A DNA stretch of 52,930 nt from Deltaproteobacteria bacterium (GTDB lineage Bacteria; Desulfobacterota; Deferrimicrobia; Deferrimicrobiales; Deferrimicrobiaceae), in contig JANXQJ010000123.1 in the NCBI GenBank assembly GCA_025356865.1, positions 1-52,930 of the forward strand. Direction: 5' to 3'. The notes beneath the pieces were generated by a model. It was not told where the DNA came from, searched no databases, and was given only the letters and a program-made list of their open reading frames with translations. The position numbers and the translations under genes are program-made. This document shows positions 51,446-52,930 of the stretch, in pieces. Within the stretch, counting starts at the first letter, position 1. Every line of letters begins with the position of its first letter.

Positions 51446-52357
51446 ATGAACCGCTTCTCCGCTCTTCGATCGCTTTCCGTTGCAACTGTCCTGCTGCTCT
51501 CCGCCTGCGTGACCGTTCCGCCCCAGCCTCCCCCGGCAGTGGTCGTTCCGCCGGCCCCCCGTCCCGTGGCGCGGGTCGCCGTCGCGCTCGGTTCCGGCGC
51601 CGCCAAGGGGTTCGCCCACATCGGTGTGCTCAAGGTGCTCGAGGGGCAGAACATCCCGGTGAACATGGTCGTCGGATCGAGTGCCGGCAGCTTCGTCGGG
51701 GCGCTCTATGCCTCCGGCTACGACGCGTTCACCCTGCAGAAGATGGCGCTGTCCATCGAGCGGGACGAGGTGGCCGACATCGGCATCCCCGACGTGGGAT
51801 TCGTGAAGGGCGAGAAACTCGAGGGATACGTCAACAAGGCGGTGAAGAACGCCCCGATCGAAAAGCTGAAAATCCCGTTCTTCGCGGTGGCGACCAACCT
51901 GAACAAGGGCCAGGAAACGGTATTCGGGCGGGGCAACACGGGGCAGGCCGTCCGCGCATCCTGCTCGGTGCCGGGCGTATTCAGGCCGGTCCGGATCGGT
52001 GACGCGCTCTACGTCGACGGCGGCGTGGTCAGCCCGGTTCCCGTCGACGCCGCGCGACGGATGGGCGCCGACGTCGTGATCGCGGTCGACATCTCCGGCG
52101 GCGGGATCGACAACCCCGACCCGACCGGCACGATCGACGCCATCCTCACTTCCGTCAACATCATGTACGCGCGTCTCTCCGAGCGGCAGCTCGACAAGGC
52201 CGACGTCGTCATCCGCCCCAAGGTGGGGCACATCGCGTCGGGCGACTTCACGAAGCGGAATGAGGCGATCCTCGAGGGCGAGAAGGCCGCGGCCGCGGCG
52301 CTCCCGAAGATCCGCGCGATCCTCGACGCCCTCCGCAAGGAAGGCCGGTTGCCATAG
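51446..52357 (+). CDS. Patatin-like phospholipase lipoprotein
   Basis: Lipobox LSAC, Pro-rich linker, LGSGAAKGFAHIGV, GSSAG, VDGG; AGGAGG RBS. Confidence 0.92.
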   Translation: MNRFSALRSLSVATVLLLSACVTVPPQPPPAVVVPPAPRPVARVAVALGSGAAKGFAHIGVLKVLEGQNIPVNMVVGSSAGSFVGALYASGYDAFTLQKMALSIERDEVADIGIPDVGFVKGEKLEGYVNKAVKNAPIEKLKIPFFAVATNLNKGQETVFGRGNTGQAVRASCSVPGVFRPVRIGDALYVDGGVVSPVPVDAARRMGADVVIAVDISGGGIDNPDPTGTIDAILTSVNIMYARLSERQLDKADVVIRPKVGHIASGDFTKRNEAILEGEKAAAAALPKIRAILDALRKEGRLP

Positions 52358-52373
52358 CCAAAGTGCAAACGAC

Positions 52374-52403
52374 TTGATAAGCAAGGCCGGATGATGGTAT
52401 AAG
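52374..52403 (+). promoter_or_regulatory. Probable sigma70 promoter of rpsB
   Basis: TTGATA-18 bp-TATAAG with an extended TGn. Confidence 0.5.
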
Positions 52404-52417
52404 AAACCGTTTCACCA

Positions 52418-52507
52418 CTACCCACGAGCGGGACTCTTTCCTGGGTGCCTTCGGCTTCAGAGCCTTAGGTCGGGGAAGGGGACGAACGCCCGGAGGAAAA
52501 AAACCCT
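52418..52507 (+). ncRNA. rpsB (S2) leader autoregulatory RNA
   Basis: CAC...GGGTG...GGAGG-A7-CCC layout in the rpsB 5' UTR, like known S2 leaders. Confidence 0.6.
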
Positions 52508-52527
52508 GAAGGGGAGGATTCACGGCA

Positions 52528-52930
52528 ATGTCAAACGGTCAGAGCTCCATCATCACCATGAAGCAGTTGCTCGAGGCGGGCGTCCACTTCGGTCACCAGA
52601 CCAAGCGGTGGAACCCCAAGATGAAGAAGTACATCTTCACCGCCCGTAACGGCATCTACATCATCGACCTACAGCAGACGGTCAAGATGTTCCGCGCCGC
52701 CTACGACACGGTCCGCACCATGGCCTCCGAAGGCAAGACGCTGCTCTTCGTCGGCACCAAGAAGCAGGCCCAGGAAGCCGTCGAGGAAGAGGCGCGCCGC
52801 TCCGGGGCGGCCTACGTCAACCAGCGCTGGCTGGGCGGCATGCTCACCAACTTCCAGACCATCCGCAAGAGTCTCGACCGGCTCCAGAAGCTGGCCGACA
52901 TGCATACCGACGGCACCGCCGAGCGCCTTC
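52528..52930 (+). CDS. rpsB: 30S ribosomal protein S2 (truncated by the window end)
   Basis: Translated by hand: [29 protein letters not shown]...LFVGTKKQA...[10 protein letters not shown]; GGGGAGG RBS. Confidence 0.98.
   Translation, partial: MSNGQSSIITMKQLLEAGVHFGHQTKRWNPKMKKYIFTARNGIYIIDLQQTVKMFRAAYDTVRTMASEGKTLLFVGTKKQAQEAVEEEARRSGAAYVNQRWLGGMLTNFQTIRKSLDRLQKLADMHTDGTAERL

Overview
A GC-rich bacterial chromosome segment, deltaproteobacteria-like by gene content (inference), made mostly of housekeeping and metabolic genes. Left to right: an Aas-like acyltransferase-ACP-adenylation fusion (runs off the left edge) with an LplT-like MFS; a two-gene pseudogene scar; rplS-rnhB-yraN; pfkA; an aryl-acid cluster (iorAB, two paaK-like CoA ligases, ACT protein, Liv-type ABC system with duplicated binding protein); rsmI; an NtrC-like regulator with a degenerate AAA+ domain; an AmmeMemoRadiSam radical SAM gene; ligA; a half-ferritin protein; pgk; a CPBP protease, HAD phosphatase and TMTC-like TPR glycosyltransferase; bioB with a BirA box; a divergent tatC; tldD; a TPR protein, lipoprotein and Opp/Dpp ABC operon; TPP-riboswitch-controlled thiSGHE facing thiM-thiE; an MshEN-PilB/GspE ATPase; a small Zn-ribbon gene; secA, argJ, a patatin lipoprotein and the start of rpsB. 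I saw no rRNA, tRNA, CRISPR array, integrase or transposase. The most novel signals are (i) a family of structured intergenic CGGATGC(CC)-bounded repeats, two copies of which show compensatory stem changes, (ii) a TPP riboswitch with a 19-nt insertion in L5, and (iii) two intact but motif-degenerate proteins (the NtrC-like regulator and TatC). All assignments come from motif recognition by eye; no database searches were run.
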